A stretch of 17,248 nucleotides of DNA, taken from assembly GCA_050298595.1 (NCBI GenBank), contig JBNKUM010000050.1, forward strand, positions 1 through 17,248. Direction: 5' to 3'. Numbering within the stretch: position 1 is the stretch's first letter; each line of letters starts with the position of its first letter. The notes beneath the pieces were generated by a model that was not told the origin of the DNA, did no database searches, and was given only the letters and a program-made list of their open reading frames with translations. Origin of the DNA: Gammaproteobacteria bacterium. Lineage in GTDB: Bacteria; Pseudomonadota; Gammaproteobacteria; GCA-001735895. This document shows positions 15,523 to 17,248 of this stretch, piece by piece. The translations under genes and the position numbers were made by a program.

Positions 15523-16905
15523 GTGCAGGACTCACTGGAAGCTATTGAAAACAAACTCAGTGCAGCACGCACACGTCTGATTCTGGATAAACCCTTCCTG
15601 GGCGCGCTGGTGTTACGCCTGCCTTTACAGGCTGCAGATCCTTCATGGTGTGCGACTACTGGCACTGATGCGCGTAAGTTTTATTACAATCCCGAATATA
15701 TCGAAGCGTTGAAAGCCGAGGAAACCCAGTTTGTGCTGGCTCATGAAGCGCTGCATTGTGCTTTATCACATTTTGCGCGGCGAGGTCATCGCATCAAACA
15801 TCGTTGGGATATCGCCTGCGATTATGCCATTAATCCCATCCTGCTCGACGAAGGCCTGACAGCGCCGCCAGGCTCTCTGGTGATGAAAGAATACAAGGGT
15901 ATGACTGCGGAGGAGATCTATCCTCTGATCAAGGATAACGACCACTCAGAGACACTTGATCAACACCTCTACGATAAACAGGATCAAACCAGCGAAGGTG
16001 GACAGGACAAGCAGCAAAATCCACTTGAACAGCAGTACAAAAAAACCGAGTCAGGAGGTGAGGGGCAGGGAGAACAGCCTCAGGAGCAAAAGTCTTCCGG
16101 TGATAAACCCTCCGAATCCGAAGGGCAGGGGCAGGATAGAGATCATGATCCAGAGCAGCAGAAATCAGGTTTGCCCAAACATAATGCTGATGAAGACCTG
16201 CAGCATCCGAATCCGACTGAAGCAACAGAGCAACCGTCTCAAACAGCTCAACCTGAGCCTTTAACCGAAAGCGAAAAAGACGAATTACAGGTGCAATGGC
16301 AGCAACGTCTGGCAGGCGCCGCACAACAGGCACAACAGGCAGGTAAGCTGGCTGAAGGCATGGCTCGCATGATTGACTTCTTTCTACAGCCAACCTTGCC
16401 CTGGAGAGTATTACTGGCGCGTTACATGAATAGTATCTCGCGTGATGATTACAGCTACACCCGTCCTTCCAGTCGGCGTGGAGACCCTGCCATCTATCCC
16501 AGCCTGCGTAGCCCACAGATGAATGTTGTGGTAGCTGTTGATGTGAGTGGATCAATCAAGCAGGAAGAGTTAAACGAATTTATCGCAGAAGTGGACTCTC
16601 TCAAGGCCCAGGTAAGGGCAAGGGTTACTCTGATCACCTGTGATTCGAAAATCACCGGAGACAGCCCCTGGGTCTTCGAGGCCTGGGAGTATTGCCAGTT
16701 ACCGGAGAAGGTCATTGGTGGTGGCAGTACAGATTTCTGTCCTGTGTTTGAATGGGTGGATGAAAATGATATACGACCAGACCTGTTGATTTACTTTACC
16801 GATGCAGAAGGCAAGTTTCCCGAGTATGAATCCAGCTATCCCAGTATCTGGCTGGTGAAAGGCCGTAAAGCTGTTCCCTGGGGGGAGCGGATTCAGTTGA
16901 ATTGA
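15523..16905 (+). CDS. DUF2201-type protein: N-terminal HEXXH metallopeptidase-like domain, disordered linker, C-terminal VWA domain
   Basis: TDARKFYYNP, VLAHEALHC (HEXXH), WDIACDYAIN, a Q/E/S/P-rich linker, MIDAS DVSGS, GGGSTDF and YFTDAEG. Probable start is GTG 15523, just after the ATPase stop, not ATG 15472. Confidence 0.88.
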   Translation: MQDSLEAIENKLSAARTRLILDKPFLGALVLRLPLQAADPSWCATTGTDARKFYYNPEYIEALKAEETQFVLAHEALHCALSHFARRGHRIKHRWDIACDYAINPILLDEGLTAPPGSLVMKEYKGMTAEEIYPLIKDNDHSETLDQHLYDKQDQTSEGGQDKQQNPLEQQYKKTESGGEGQGEQPQEQKSSGDKPSESEGQGQDRDHDPEQQKSGLPKHNADEDLQHPNPTEATEQPSQTAQPEPLTESEKDELQVQWQQRLAGAAQQAQQAGKLAEGMARMIDFFLQPTLPWRVLLARYMNSISRDDYSYTRPSSRRGDPAIYPSLRSPQMNVVVAVDVSGSIKQEELNEFIAEVDSLKAQVRARVTLITCDSKITGDSPWVFEAWEYCQLPEKVIGGGSTDFCPVFEWVDENDIRPDLLIYFTDAEGKFPEYESSYPSIWLVKGRKAVPWGERIQLN

Positions 16906-17022
16906 TTATATTAACTTCGAAGCATACGAAGAACATGAAGGGTGTGTTTTTTGGTGGTTTGAAAAAGATCGTTTGTAACTGTTATCGCCCGTTCGTTTTT
17001 GGGGGCTAAAAAAGACAATTTA

Positions 17023-17098
17023 AACCACAGAGATCACAGAGCACACAGAGTTTACAAAGCATGAATAAACATATCTTCCTTCGTGATCTTCGTGGTTA
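17023..17098. repeat. Small imperfect-palindromic intergenic repeat (REP/MITE-like)
   Basis: The left arm has three CACAGAG units with a 9-bp period (17026, 17035, 17044). The right arm CTTCGTGATCTTCGTGGTT reverse-complements to AACCACGAAGATCACGAAG, versus left AACCACAGAGATCACAGAG. Confidence 0.65.
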
Positions 17099-17107
17099 AA
17101 AAATAAT

Positions 17108-17248
17108 ATGCAACTATCCAACGAAGACAACCTGCGATTAAACGTGCTGCTGGCGCAGGACCTTAAAGCTGTGCGTATTGATGAATCTAAAATGATTGTC
17201 TATGCATTGACTGCAAAAGGCGATGTTAAGGTTCAGCTCAATCCTAAC
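17108..17248 (+). CDS. dsrS: Sulfur oxidation protein DsrS, 5' end (runs off the right edge)
   Basis: Not in the ORF track. ATG 17108 is open to the window end: MQLSNEDNLRLNVLLAQDLKAVRIDESKMIVYALTAKGDVKVQLNPN. This matches the DsrS N-terminus M.LS.ED.LRLNVLL....A.RIDES.M......G...V.L.P. Confidence 0.8.
   Translation, partial: MQLSNEDNLRLNVLLAQDLKAVRIDESKMIVYALTAKGDVKVQLNPN

Noticed and set aside
15929-16555. 208-aa minus-strand ORF and 102-aa alternative-frame ORF inside the VWA gene
   Set aside because: They overlap the low-complexity linker of a well-supported gene, where biased composition keeps other frames open, and they show no motifs.
14468-16905. MoxR-VWA pair as CbbQ/CbbO, NorQ/NorD or an anti-phage system
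   Set aside because: There are no RuBisCO or nor genes adjacent, and the partner has DUF2201 HEXXH-VWA architecture rather than the CbbO/NorD type. No nuclease or other defence effector is present, and the context is sulfur metabolism.

Overview
This window most likely comes from a sulfur-oxidising gammaproteobacterium, inferred from a dsrS 5' end and an Alvin_2107-type small protein. It falls into four blocks. (1) 1-2870 is a decaying accessory zone. It holds the 5' end of an exported solute-binding-like gene, an HD-GYP C-terminal remnant, an exported ABM-like protein behind a perfect TGACA-N6-TGTCA palindrome, short GGGGTC repeats, a single YD/RHS repeat relic and a broken Y1 (HUH, RAYT-like) transposase. 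(2) 2873-6732 is a MocR-type PLP regulator divergent from a threonine-dehydratase-like enzyme and an EamA exporter, followed by a cupin. (3) 7358-12963 is an SLC13/TrkA-C permease, then trkH, an N-terminally truncated KdpD-like kinase and kdpE. There is no kdpFABC or trkA in the window, and a KdpE-box-like direct repeat lies in front of trkH. (4) 12970-17248 holds a 2OG-Fe(II) oxygenase and an Alvin_2107-like protein, divergent from a coupled Sel1-repeat / MoxR AAA+ / HEXXH-peptidase-VWA cassette that leads into dsrS. The best candidates for undescribed systems are the Sel1-MoxR-VWA/peptidase module among sulfur-oxidation genes and the KdpDE-like pair apparently linked to a Trk channel. All family calls come from recognising motifs by eye; no searches were run.
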